Assembly: GCA_963665115.1 (NCBI GenBank)
Contig: OY762007.1
Span: forward strand, 2,752,001-2,816,000
DNA length: 64,000 nt
Source of the DNA: an uncultured Rivularia sp.
GTDB lineage: Bacteria > Cyanobacteriota > Cyanobacteriia > Cyanobacteriales > Nostocaceae
Reading direction: 5' to 3'
Numbering within the stretch: the stretch's first letter is position 1; every line of letters starts with the position of its first letter. Below, piece after piece: positions 24,954 to 35,341 of the stretch. The notes under the pieces were generated by a model that was not told the DNA's origin, did not search any database, and saw only the letters and a list, made by a program, of their open reading frames with translations. The translations under genes and the position numbers were made by a program.

Positions 24954-25092
24954 TTAAATTTCTTTAGCCCTTGGCGTAGCTCTCATGTCGTGAACAGTAA
25001 TTTTAACTTATTACGAGTGCAGCAGCTAATTTATGGAGAAATGTTATAACGAAAATTAAGCATTCAAAAACAGTCAAAATTGCATTCTCACC

Positions 25093-25148
25093 AAAGCCGA
25101 TGGGCATTCCGATAATTAAAATACAGCCAGGAGTTAACTTTTTGAAAC
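25093..25148 (-). pseudogene. Internally deleted relic copy of part of coaR
   Basis: Matches 28185-28212 joined to 28288-28315 with one mismatch. Confidence 0.75.
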
Positions 25149-25249
25149 TTCAAAGGATTTATTGCAGACGCGATCGCACTTTCAATCAAAACCACAAAAA
25201 GCGATGGAGTTTGGAAAAAATGTGCAATCGCACTCTGCATAATTACAAA

Positions 25250-27535
25250 TTAGTGTCTTGCTAGACGGATATAGCGAGAAGGGTTGTTTACGCTATAGTT
25301 GACGATAGCGTGAAATGTTCCAGCGTAAATACCGTCACCATCCACATCACCGTCATTATCCGTAAGATAATTAGATTGTGACAAATATACTCTCCCATTT
25401 TCAACTTTCTCTACAATCGCAACGTGACCATAGTTTCCACCAAAATACTGAGCTACGTCACCGACTTGAGGAGTTTCATTAGAATTTAAAACTCTTGCAC
25501 CATTTTTGCGAACTCCCCCCCATTGCTTCGCGTTCTGTTGTCCAGGTGGCAATAGTATATCCTCTGGTGTAAAACCTAATTCTTTTAAACGACCGTAGGC
25601 ATACCAAGTACAATTACCCTCTTTTTTATAAGAGTTATGACCTAATACGGTAGAACCTAATCCATTTCTAGCAAAGGGATTTCCTTGCTGCATATAAAAC
25701 TGAGGACGGTCTCTAAAGTATTGCGCTCCCTGAACTGCTAGCAGTGGTGAACCTCCTCCAAATGTCCACTCCCCAAATTCTCGCCACTCAGTCCAAGCCT
25801 CCGTTGGATTTGTCACAAAACGTGTATAGAATTTGCCATCAGTACCCTCAATATGTTGGAATAGTGTGTTCTTAAATATTGTCAAAGTCGGTGTACCCAA
25901 GCTCTCACCATTGCGTTCCCAAATTGTCCAATTATTTCCGTCAGAAGTTGAGCGAGTATATATTCCTTGGTCTTCACCACGTACAGTTTGGTAAAGACGA
26001 CCATTAAATTCCTCTAACTCAGGTGTACCCAAGCTGGCACCATTGCGTTCCCAAATTGTCCAATTATTTCCGTCAGAAGTTGAGCGAGTGTATACTCCTT
26101 GGTCTTCACCACGTACAGTTTGGTAAAGACGATTGTTAAATACCTCTAACTCAGCTGCATCCAAGCTGGCACCATTGCGTTCCCAAATTGTCCAATTATT
26201 TCCGTCAGAAGTTGAACGAGTATATACTCCGTTATCTTCACCACGTACAGTTTGGTAAAGACGATTGTTAAATACCTCTAACTCAGCTGCATCCAAGCTG
26301 GTACCATTGCGTTCCCAGATTGTCCAATTATTTCCGTCAGAAGTTGAGCGAGTGTATACTCCGTTATCTTCACCACGTACAGTTTGGTAAAGACGATTGT
26401 TAAATACCTCTAACTCAGCTGCATCCAAGCTGGTACCATTGCGTTCCCAAATTGTCCAATTATTGCCGTCAGAAGTTGAGCGAGTGTATACTCCGTTATC
26501 TTCACCACGTACAGTTTGGTAAAGACGATTGTTAAATACCTCTAACTCAGGTGTATCCAAAGTCCCACCATTAACTTCCCAGTTCGTCCAGTTCCCATCA
26601 GAACTGTAGCGAGTATACACTCCATTATGTTTATCACGCATAGTTTGATAAAGCCGATTGTTAAAAGCGATCGCCTCAACCTTTGACATTTCAATTGTCA
26701 AACTTTCACTGTCAATATTAACGGTTGCATAATCGTTCTCCGCTTTCATAATAGATAAATCAATTGCGTTCAAAGATTGTTTTTGAACAATTGTTTGGAA
26801 AATATCCCCTTCATCCCCAGCAGCATCAACAAGATTAATCCGAGAATCAACCGCGTGTCCAATCTCTTCTAATAAAACACTTTTAATTCCGTCAATATTG
26901 CCAGCATTTCGCTCGACGAAACCTTGAGACAAATAGATGGTATCGGTCTTAAATGCATAAGCACCATTTGCACCAACTACATCTAAATCCCCAGATATTT
27001 TTATTTGGGGTAAATCACCAAAATTTCCTTTCGACCAGCTTTGCTGTAGCTCAGATACAGTCTTCGTATCCCAACTTGTACCGAAGGCTGTATTCATCGA
27101 AGCCGTAAAATCTGAACTTGCTGCAAATCCTTGTAATGACGCTTGTACTTCCTGTACTACGTCATTAATAATGCTGCCATAGCTACTACTACGACCATTA
27201 GTAATTAAATCATCTGCAATCTCGTGATTAGAATTAATACCAAATGATGTTCCCAGAATTTCATCAATATTAGAATGATTAGCTAATGGAGTTGAAGTAT
27301 TTTTGGTAGAAGAAATTACCGGATCAAATATATTACCAATATCTGAAATATCTTCAGCAGTATAATCCCCCTGGTTTTCCCCGATATCAATCAGCGTGTC
27401 ACCCGCTGAATGCATCATTTGGTCTGAGCTAAATTCTTTATTATCCGTTTGGAAAGGGTCTGATGAATTACTAAAAGGCTGATTTGAAGATGCATCTAAA
27501 GTTTGATTATTAAATATTGGCTGTTCTTCCAGCAT
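25250..27535 (-). CDS. CHAP-domain amidase/peptidase with a seven-repeat beta-propeller and an N-terminal LLEEIGH domain
   Basis: GNCTWYAY (Cys) and GHVAIVE (His) CHAP motifs; 44-aa tandem repeats. Confidence 0.8.
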   Translation of the reverse strand: MLEEQPIFNNQTLDASSNQPFSNSSDPFQTDNKEFSSDQMMHSAGDTLIDIGENQGDYTAEDISDIGNIFDPVISSTKNTSTPLANHSNIDEILGTSFGINSNHEIADDLITNGRSSSYGSIINDVVQEVQASLQGFAASSDFTASMNTAFGTSWDTKTVSELQQSWSKGNFGDLPQIKISGDLDVVGANGAYAFKTDTIYLSQGFVERNAGNIDGIKSVLLEEIGHAVDSRINLVDAAGDEGDIFQTIVQKQSLNAIDLSIMKAENDYATVNIDSESLTIEMSKVEAIAFNNRLYQTMRDKHNGVYTRYSSDGNWTNWEVNGGTLDTPELEVFNNRLYQTVRGEDNGVYTRSTSDGNNWTIWERNGTSLDAAELEVFNNRLYQTVRGEDNGVYTRSTSDGNNWTIWERNGTSLDAAELEVFNNRLYQTVRGEDNGVYTRSTSDGNNWTIWERNGASLDAAELEVFNNRLYQTVRGEDQGVYTRSTSDGNNWTIWERNGASLGTPELEEFNGRLYQTVRGEDQGIYTRSTSDGNNWTIWERNGESLGTPTLTIFKNTLFQHIEGTDGKFYTRFVTNPTEAWTEWREFGEWTFGGGSPLLAVQGAQYFRDRPQFYMQQGNPFARNGLGSTVLGHNSYKKEGNCTWYAYGRLKELGFTPEDILLPPGQQNAKQWGGVRKNGARVLNSNETPQVGDVAQYFGGNYGHVAIVEKVENGRVYLSQSNYLTDNDGDVDGDGIYAGTFHAIVNYSVNNPSRYIRLARH
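25888..26548 (-). repeat. Five near-identical 132-bp coding tandem repeats
   Basis: CCATTGCGTTCCC recurs at 25908, 26040, 26172, 26304 and 26436. Confidence 0.95.
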
Positions 27536-28016
27536 GATTATATATATTCCATAACTTACAAACCCAAGATAAATTTATCTATTTCGATTTGTCAGGATTA
27601 AAAGGAAAAAATCATGCCATCTTCAATTACTCTTGTGAATTAAGTATTTCCTATGTCTAATAATCAACTCACTTTGAAAATAAATAATTTACTAGTGATT
27701 ATATTTCCAGTGCTTTTACATAAGAGCAACATAATAACAATATAAAAGCAATATCTATATTCATTACATTTCATATCAAATAGCATTTAAACCTACATCA
27801 AAAGAACAAACAATACTAACGTAAATTAAGAGCCTCTATACTCAAATCAGTAATTTACCTTAAAGGGTGTTTGAAAAGTTAGGTTTGCGAAAAAATCCGC
27901 TAACTAAGTTTTTTGCTCTCTTCTTCTCTTACCTATATGGTATCCCAATCCGTCAAAGTCTTATATCATCTTGGTTTCTGCTTAAATTGGAATGATACTT
28001 TTACAACCGCTTCCAA

Positions 28017-29183
28017 TTAATCACCTTTCCCCAAATAACAATGACATAATGGCTTCTCAATCAAGGACTCCATCAAACTATTAATCGCGACTGCGGCTAA
28101 TAAACCCCCGCCAATAGTACCAACGGTGGTAATGTAATTTACCTCAGAAGCCATTAACCGCCGTTTGGCTGCTGGAGCATGACTAAAGCCGATGGGCATT
28201 CCGATAATTAAAGATGGTTGCAGCAGTTTTTGTTCGACGAGTTTTAAAGCAGATATCAGCACTGATGGCGCGTAACCGATAATTAAAATACAGCCAGGAG
28301 TTAACTTTTTTAAACCCTCGCGCCATTCTTGATGTTGCCAAAATTGATTTTCGGCTTCTGAAGCAGTGTAAACATGGGGGTCATTGATTAATATATTGAC
28401 TTTTGTGCCTAAATATGTTGCTCTGGTATGGTCGAGAGCAGCAGAAACTGGGGGAATATCTACAACTATTTCGCAGTTATTTTTCAGAGCATCTCTTGAT
28501 GAGGCGATCGCACTTTGACTCAATCGGATAAAGTCTACTAAACTAACATCACCAGAAGCTAATACAAGTTTGCTAAGTAAATCTCTTTCAATTTCATTTT
28601 TATTCGATAAATCCGGTAACAACTGCTGTAACGATTCGTCGAAGTCTTCCGGATGAGCTTCCACGGCTGCGTCTAAACCTTGCCAAAGTTTTTCTAATTT
28701 TTTAGTCCCCAAACTAGATTCGATTTCTAAATGTTGTAATTGTGCGAGTGCTTCTGCTTGGATATGTTGACAATGCTTATCTCTACCTAACAAACCTTCT
28801 AAAGCCGATGCTGTTTTTCGCAACCGCGATAGTTGTTCGATGACAGATTGGTATTGCTGCTGTAGTTGAGCGGTAATCGTATCTAAATTATCTGGTTCGG
28901 GATTATTTGCTAATAATTTTTGAATGTGGTCTAGTTGAAAACCTTGAGATTTTAGTGCAACGATTCGTCGTAAAAATTGCACGTTTTTATCGGTATAAAG
29001 GCGATAGTTACCTTCAGAGCGTTCAGCTTCAGGTAATAAACCTAACTTGTGATAATGTCTCACCATTCTGGGAGTCAAACCACCACCAACTTCTTGAGTA
29101 AGTTGTTTGATTGTTAGGTGTTTGTTTTTGATTTCTTCGCTCGGATTAATCTGAGCGGTATTATTTTCAGATTTGTTGTTCAT
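28017..29183 (-). CDS. coaR: Cobalt-responsive MerR regulator with a precorrin isomerase (CobH-like) domain
   Basis: MerR HTH (RMVRHYHKLGLL..RSEGNYRLY), IIGMPIGF, C-terminal CHC motif; divergent from a P1B ATPase. Confidence 0.88.
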   Translation of the reverse strand: MNNKSENNTAQINPSEEIKNKHLTIKQLTQEVGGGLTPRMVRHYHKLGLLPEAERSEGNYRLYTDKNVQFLRRIVALKSQGFQLDHIQKLLANNPEPDNLDTITAQLQQQYQSVIEQLSRLRKTASALEGLLGRDKHCQHIQAEALAQLQHLEIESSLGTKKLEKLWQGLDAAVEAHPEDFDESLQQLLPDLSNKNEIERDLLSKLVLASGDVSLVDFIRLSQSAIASSRDALKNNCEIVVDIPPVSAALDHTRATYLGTKVNILINDPHVYTASEAENQFWQHQEWREGLKKLTPGCILIIGYAPSVLISALKLVEQKLLQPSLIIGMPIGFSHAPAAKRRLMASEVNYITTVGTIGGGLLAAVAINSLMESLIEKPLCHCYLGKGD

Positions 29184-29189
29184 GCCAAT

Positions 29190-29221
29190 ATTTTAAACCT
29201 TGACATTGATGTTAAGGTCAA
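29190..29221 (-). promoter_or_regulatory. MerR-type promoter/operator of coaR
   Basis: Minus strand TTGACC-20 bp-TAAAAT; spacer TTAACATCAATGTCAAGGTT contains the dyad. Confidence 0.75.
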
Positions 29222-29255
29222 GATTTAGTCTATAAGCGGTTATGCGGTAAAACCA

Positions 29256-29893
29256 ATCATAATTAATTGGTTCGTAGTTGCGCTTTAACGCCAAATATTT
29301 AGGGTTCAAGCCCTTTACGTACAAACAATAATTTACCCATCAGAATTTATGGGACAAACCATTAGTACTCATCAATTTGATTTGAAACCGAATAATCCTC
29401 TAAACTCTCTTCCTCTGTCTTGGAAAGTTGCTCATGGGGGAAACAAACCCCCAAGACCGCACTTTCCGCTGCGCTCTTTGCGTTCTCTGCGGTTTTTTAT
29501 CATAAGAGTTTATAACCCCGCAAAATTAATGTGGTGAAATATTAGTAGTCCTTTTCATTTGTTTTAATGGGTTGTAGAGACGTAGCAGTGCTACGTCTCC
29601 CGACGTTAGGTCGAAAACGAACCCCTCAGAATTTATGAAAAGGACTATTAGTACTTCACCACATTAATTCTGAGGGGTACGTAGTTGCGCTTCAGCGCCT
29701 CATATTCCGGTATCCGGAGGCGCTGAAGCGCAACTACGAACAATTATTAACCCCGCAAAATTAATGTGGTTGGGTATTAGTAGTCCGTCCCACAAGTTTT
29801 GATGGGTAATTAAGGTTTGTGGTTGAACAGTTTTCACCTCCTTATGCTATATGTTTGGCGCTAAAGCGCAACTACGAACTAATTAAACATGAT
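29256..29893. repeat. Nested/tandem cluster of MITE and REP-like inverted repeats
   Basis: Outer arms 29256-29298 and 29851-29893 are reverse complements; inner modules are separated by ATTAGTA at 29361, 29541, 29647 and 29776. Confidence 0.8.
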
Positions 29894-29894
29894 A

Positions 29895-29926
29895 TTGACA
29901 TTGACATTAATGTCAAGGTTTAGAGT
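29895..29926 (+). promoter_or_regulatory. MerR-type promoter/operator of coaT
   Basis: TTGACA-20 bp-TAGAGT; spacer contains the perfect palindrome TTGACATTAATGTCAA. Confidence 0.82.
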
Positions 29927-29957
29927 AAGAATCACATTTATTCGCTGATTCTGAACC

Positions 29958-31896
29958 ATGACTAGTTATTCCTTGAGAAAAACTGATTTAAGAAAACTAA
30001 TTTCACAACACCCAGATGCTGTAGCAGCAATTATGTGTGCTGTACTTTTACTCTTCGGTTGGTTGTGTTTGCAGTTTAGTTGGATTGGATTGGCTTTACT
30101 AATTTTGTGTGCAGCTTATGTAATTGGGGGTTACGAAAGTGCCAAAGAGGGATTGACGACTCTATTTCAGGAAAAAGAATTCGATGTTGATTTATTGATG
30201 ATAGTAGCAGCTTTGGGGGCTGCATTTTTAGGACTTTGGCGACGGGAATATCATCTGATTGTTGATGGTGCGGTGTTAATTCTGATTTTTGCTATTAGTG
30301 GTGCGTTGGAAGGTTACGCTATGCAGAGAACAAACAACGCTATTAGCAGTTTGATGGGATTGACACCGGATACTGCGAGGCTAATATTGCATGGTGAGGA
30401 AAGACAGGTTGCCATTGATAAATTAGCTATCAATGACGAAATCTTGGTTAAACCGGGAGAGTTGATTCCTACTGACGCTGTGATTATCCAAGGTGCGAGC
30501 AATCTTAACGAAGCTTCTATCACTGGAGAATCTTTACCTGTAGAAAAAACTGTTGGGGATGAAGTTTTTGCTGGCACAATTAATGGTACAGGAGCTTTGA
30601 TACTCAGAGTTCACCAACCACCGGAAAGTAGTTTGATTCAAAGAGTAATTCGCTTAGTAAAGCAAGCTCAAACCGAAGCACCACCATCTCAAATCTTTGT
30701 AGAAAATTTAGAACGCAATTACGCCAAAGTAATAGTAGTATGCGGAATTTTATTAGCGGTTTTACCACCTTTTATTTTTAATTGGGATTGGGAAACTACT
30801 ATTTACAAAGCTTTAATTTTTTTAGTAGTGGCTTCTCCATGTGCGTTAATGGCTGCTATCATGCCTGCATTATTATCGGGAATTGCTAATGGAGCGCGAG
30901 GGGGTATCTTATTTAAAGGAGGAGCAGTTTTAGAATTGGTAGGTAAAGTTAAAGCGATCGCCTTTGATAAAACTGGAACTCTGACGACAGGAGAAACCCC
31001 AAGTTATCGATATTATGGCAGTTGATGGGGATGAAAACCAAATTCTATCAGTTGCTGCTGCGGTAGAAGTTTATTCAGAGCATCCCATTGGTAAAGCAAT
31101 TGTCCAAGCTGCTAAGGATAAAAATTTGAATTTAGCACCTGTTAATAACGTAGTTTCTCATACAGGTTTTGGTATTAGTGGTGAAATTGAGGACATATAT
31201 ATTAAAGTTGGTAATGCTAAATTTATTCAATCAGATTCTGATTTACCCGCAGATTTAGTTGCCAAAAGCCAAAAATTAGAAACACAAGGTAAAACAATCG
31301 TTTGGGTTACTGATAACGAGAAAATATTAGGAATTATTGCCGTTGCCGATACAATACGTCCTGAAGCTGCAACAACTATTCAGCGTTTGAAACAAATCGG
31401 CATTCAAAATATTATCGTTGTCAGTGGCGATCGCCAATTAACCACTAACTACATTGCCCAACAGTTGGGTATTTCCGAAGTTTACGCCGAATTGCTCCCA
31501 GAAGATAAAGTAACTGTAATTCGTCGCTTAAAAAGACAATATCAAACAGTTGCAATGGTCGGAGATGGTATAAATGATGCCCCTGCTCTAGCAACAGCAT
31601 CCGTGGGAATAGCGATGGGAACTACAGGTAGCGATATCGCTTTAGAAACAGCAGATATCGTATTAATGGCAGACCGTTTAGAAAAATTAGTTGCTACAAT
31701 TAATCTCGGTCGTCGTGCAATTAGAGTTATCAAACAAAACATTATCTTTGCTTTGTGCAGTATTGGTTTGTTACTGGTTGCCAATTTTGCCACTGGTATT
31801 AATCTTCCTTTGGGAGTAATTGGACACGAAGGCTCTACAGTGTTGGTTACTTTGAGTGGTTTACGGTTGTTGAGAAATGCTAAATGCTTCCGTTAG
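29958..31896 (+). CDS. coaT: P1B-4 heavy-metal (cobalt) P-type ATPase; +1 frameshift near 30995
   Basis: TGES, SPC, DKTGT, SEHP, GDGINDAP, HEGST. Confidence 0.85.
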
Positions 31897-31917
31897 TGAA
31901 TTAGGAATTAAAAAATT

Positions 31918-32059
31918 GGCGTTGCTGATTAAAAGTATGATTTGCCCCCCAACCCCCAATTCTGGGGGAGAAAAACAATTCAAAGTCCCCCAATTTTGGG
32001 GGATTTAGGGGGCTAGTAAATATAATAAAAATAAATTCATATTTCAATTAAGCAACGCC
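31918..32059. mobile_element. MITE, same family as 18395-18599
   Basis: Ends GGCGTTGCT/AGCAACGCC; 8-bp duplication AAAAAATT at 31910-31917 and 32060-32067. Confidence 0.82.
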
Positions 32060-32153
32060 AAAAAATTGATTACCAGAATCATCTCAAGTAATGCATTACA
32101 AATTTTATTATTCAAGAGCCGCTCCTATCTAAAGGTAATGCAGTACCATATTA

Positions 32154-32168
32154 CGAGAATGATTTTCA
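32154..32168. promoter_or_regulatory. Zur box upstream of a COG0523 gene
   Basis: CGAGAATGATTTTCA, 3 mismatches to consensus. Confidence 0.6.
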
Positions 32169-32186
32169 TTGTCTCGGAGAATAAAG

Positions 32187-33155
32187 ATGACTTCTCAAAC
32201 ACTAGATACAGTCCCCGTAACCGTTCTCACTGGTTATTTAGGAGCGGGAAAAACAACTTTACTTAACCGGATTCTCACCCACGAGCATGGTAAGAAAGTC
32301 GCGGTGATAGTCAATGAGTTTGGAGAAGTCGGGATTGATAATCAATTGGTTATCGATGCTGATGAAGAAATCTTTGAAATGAATAATGGCTGCATTTGCT
32401 GTACGGTACGCGGTGATTTAATTCGCATCATTGCTAATTTAATGAAGCGACGCGATAAATTTGACCATTTAGTAATTGAAACTACTGGACTCGCAGACCC
32501 AGCACCTGTAATTCAGACTTTCTTTGTAGATGAAGATATGCAGGAAAAATTGAATTTAGATGCTGTAGTTACAGTAGTTGATGCCAAGCATATTTGGCAA
32601 CATTGGGATGCGGATGAAGCTCAAGAACAAATTGCTTTTGCTGATGTAATTTTACTTAATAAAACTGATTTAGTAACCCCAGAACAACTTGAAGAATTAG
32701 AACAGAGAATACGGGGAATGAATGCAATGGCAAAAGTCTACCGTACTCGCAATTCTGAGTTAGAAATGGATGCGCTTTTAGGGGTGAAAGCTTTTGATTT
32801 AGATAGAGCTTTGGAAGTTGACCCAGATTTTTTAGGCGAAGATGCTCACGAACATGATGAAAGTGTTTATTCTATAGCTTTGGTGGAAAAAGGTGAATTA
32901 GATGGGGATAAATTAAATCAATGGTTGAGTAATTTATTACAAACTAAAGGACCCGATATTTTCCGCATGAAAGGTATTTTAAATATTGCTGGAGAAGATG
33001 AAAGGTTTGTATTCCAAGGAGTACATATGTTATTAGATGGAAAACCAGACCGTTTGTGGAAAGAAGGCGAACAACGTAAAAATGAACTGGTTTTTATTGG
33101 TCGCAATTTAGATGAAACTCAGTTGAAAAAAGATTTTCTCGCTTGTATGGCTTAA
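32187..33155 (+). CDS. COG0523 (CobW/ZNG1-like) metallochaperone GTPase
   Basis: GYLGAGKTT, NEFG, GCICC, ETTGLADP, NKTD, CobW_C. Confidence 0.93.
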   Translation: MTSQTLDTVPVTVLTGYLGAGKTTLLNRILTHEHGKKVAVIVNEFGEVGIDNQLVIDADEEIFEMNNGCICCTVRGDLIRIIANLMKRRDKFDHLVIETTGLADPAPVIQTFFVDEDMQEKLNLDAVVTVVDAKHIWQHWDADEAQEQIAFADVILLNKTDLVTPEQLEELEQRIRGMNAMAKVYRTRNSELEMDALLGVKAFDLDRALEVDPDFLGEDAHEHDESVYSIALVEKGELDGDKLNQWLSNLLQTKGPDIFRMKGILNIAGEDERFVFQGVHMLLDGKPDRLWKEGEQRKNELVFIGRNLDETQLKKDFLACMA

Positions 33156-33364
33156 TTTTTATTAATAGTTATAGCTATTGATGTATACCTCAAAAACTCA
33201 CCTCTAACCCCTCTCCTTAATAAGGAGAGGGGATATAAAGCACAGCTTTATTGGGGTGAGGTGAAGCTGTACCTCGACTGCTTAATAAATGCTATATTAC
33301 GCCATTTTATTCCTTCTTACTTCTAAATTCTAAATTCTAAATTCTTCCTTCGTTTAAGGTACAA

Positions 33365-34438
33365 ATGAAAACTATTAAATCTACAGACTTTGATCTAAAT
33401 TGGAATCATATACTTTCTGATTATATAACCGCTATAAAATGGTCGCCTAATGGTAGTACTTTAGCGATGAGTTCTGCTGCTGGAGAAGTAAAAGTTGTTG
33501 TAGAAAACGAATTAATAACTTTGCAAGAAATCACTAATACTTCCATTGATGGATTAGCTTTTTCTACTGATGGAAAGTTTTTAGCAGTTGGCGGACAAGA
33601 TGGTAAAGTAAAAATTTGGAGTACCTCTAATCATCAACTCATTGCTACTTTAGAAAATGCTCCAGCTTGGGTGGATAAATTAGCATGGAGTCCCCGCAAA
33701 AATTTACTCGCTTTTAGTTTGGGACGTTACGTACAGGTTTGGGATGCAGACATTCAAGAAATTGTTGTCACCTTAAACTTTGATAATTCTTCAGTACTGA
33801 GTATTGACTGGAGTCATGATGGTAAATTTCTGGCGATCGCTGGTTATCAAGGTGTAAAAATTTGGCGCTCTGATGAATGGGATGAAGACCCGTATTTCTT
33901 TAGCGTACCATCGGCTAGTGTTGCTGTGGCTTGGTCGTCTGATGGTAAATACATTGCTTCGGGTAACATGGATAAAACCATCTGTGTATTGCAAACAGAT
34001 TTTATTGCTAATGCAAAACAAGCCGAACCTTGGTTAATGCATGGTTTTCCAGGTAAAATTCGTAATTTAGCTTGGTCAAAAGTGACTACATCTAAAAAAG
34101 AACCATTACTCGGGTCTTCTAGCGCAGAAGGTATAGTTGTCTGGGAAAAGCAAGATGATGCATCTTCGGGTTGGGGTGCGACTGTATTAGAAAATCACAC
34201 AAATATTGTAGAAGCAATCGAATTTGCACCCGATAACTTAATGATTGCTTCTGCTGGTGCTGACGGTTGGCTTTGTTTGTGGAAAAAAGCAAAAAAAGTA
34301 GCGCAAGTTCTCCAAGGTGCTAAAAACGGGTTTTCTTGCATCGCATGGCATCCCCAAGGTAATAAAATTGCTGCTGGGGGTAAAAATGGTGAAGTGTTAA
34401 TTTGGTCTAAAGGTAATCGTGGGATTGGTTTTGGTTGA
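33365..34438 (+). CDS. WD40-repeat protein
   Basis: Repeated xWSPxG...LA..GGxDGxVKIW units. Confidence 0.9.
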   Translation: MKTIKSTDFDLNWNHILSDYITAIKWSPNGSTLAMSSAAGEVKVVVENELITLQEITNTSIDGLAFSTDGKFLAVGGQDGKVKIWSTSNHQLIATLENAPAWVDKLAWSPRKNLLAFSLGRYVQVWDADIQEIVVTLNFDNSSVLSIDWSHDGKFLAIAGYQGVKIWRSDEWDEDPYFFSVPSASVAVAWSSDGKYIASGNMDKTICVLQTDFIANAKQAEPWLMHGFPGKIRNLAWSKVTTSKKEPLLGSSSAEGIVVWEKQDDASSGWGATVLENHTNIVEAIEFAPDNLMIASAGADGWLCLWKKAKKVAQVLQGAKNGFSCIAWHPQGNKIAAGGKNGEVLIWSKGNRGIGFG

Positions 34439-34505
34439 AGATTGATAATGACTTGATGATCTCAGATAAAATCGGCAACAAAATCATTACTATAGGTATG
34501 AAAAA

Positions 34506-35207
34506 ATGACGAATCAAGAACCTGCTATTGTTTTCGAGAAAGAACGTGCTTCGTCTTATGATGAAACATTTGCGCGTTTGGCTCCAATCCGCGATGCACT
34601 TCATCTGTTAATCCGTCAAATATTTTCAGAGCTTCCTGCCAATGCAAACATTCTTTGTGTTGGAGCAGGAACAGGAGCAGAAATGATTTATCTTGCACAG
34701 AATTTTCCACAATGGCGATTTACTGCGGTAGAGCCAGCCTCAGCAATGCTCGATATTTGTCGCCAGAAAGCCGAAGAATGCGGTATTTCGTCTCGTTGCA
34801 CTTTTCACCAAGGTTATCTCGATTCGCTTCCTACTTCAAATTCTTTTGATGCGGCAACGTGTCTTCTGGTTTCTCATTTCATTATGCAACAAGATGAGCG
34901 AAGCAATTTTTTCAAGCAAATCGCTGCACGGCTTCATCCGAATGCATATTTGGTGAGTTCTGATTTGACTTGCGATATGGATACTTTAGAGTATCAAAGC
35001 CTGCTGGAAGTTTGGCTGCGAATGCTTAAATTTTCTCAAGTACCTGCTGCCGAAGTTGAAAATATCCGCTCCTCCTATGGACAAAATGTCGCTTTGTTGT
35101 CACCGCAAAAAGTTGAATCGATTATCATCAAAGGCGGCTTTGACTCACCTACATTATTTTATCAAACCCTTCTTATTCGTGCTTGGTATTCTAAACGAAC
35201 TGCTTAA
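34506..35207 (+). CDS. Class I SAM-dependent methyltransferase (CmoA-like)
   Basis: ILCVGAGTGAE glycine motif, FDAATCLLVSHF. Confidence 0.85.
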   Translation: MTNQEPAIVFEKERASSYDETFARLAPIRDALHLLIRQIFSELPANANILCVGAGTGAEMIYLAQNFPQWRFTAVEPASAMLDICRQKAEECGISSRCTFHQGYLDSLPTSNSFDAATCLLVSHFIMQQDERSNFFKQIAARLHPNAYLVSSDLTCDMDTLEYQSLLEVWLRMLKFSQVPAAEVENIRSSYGQNVALLSPQKVESIIIKGGFDSPTLFYQTLLIRAWYSKRTA

Positions 35208-35341
35208 ATTAGGATTTGCCGAAAGTAACAAGCTCGCGATACACCTCCGGTGTCTAGCGGAGCTAATCGCAATTTTTAAGTTACTTGATTGCGATTCGAG
35301 TATTTCATTTCTTTCACCTTGTTGATGGATTCATATTCTTA

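Noticed and set aside
25888..26548. Regular repeats as a CRISPR array
   Set aside because: 132-bp in-frame coding units with no unique spacers and no cas genes
29361..29782. Module train as an integron or CRISPR array
   Set aside because: No ORF cassettes, attC structure, integrase or constant-length spacers; better explained as MITEs
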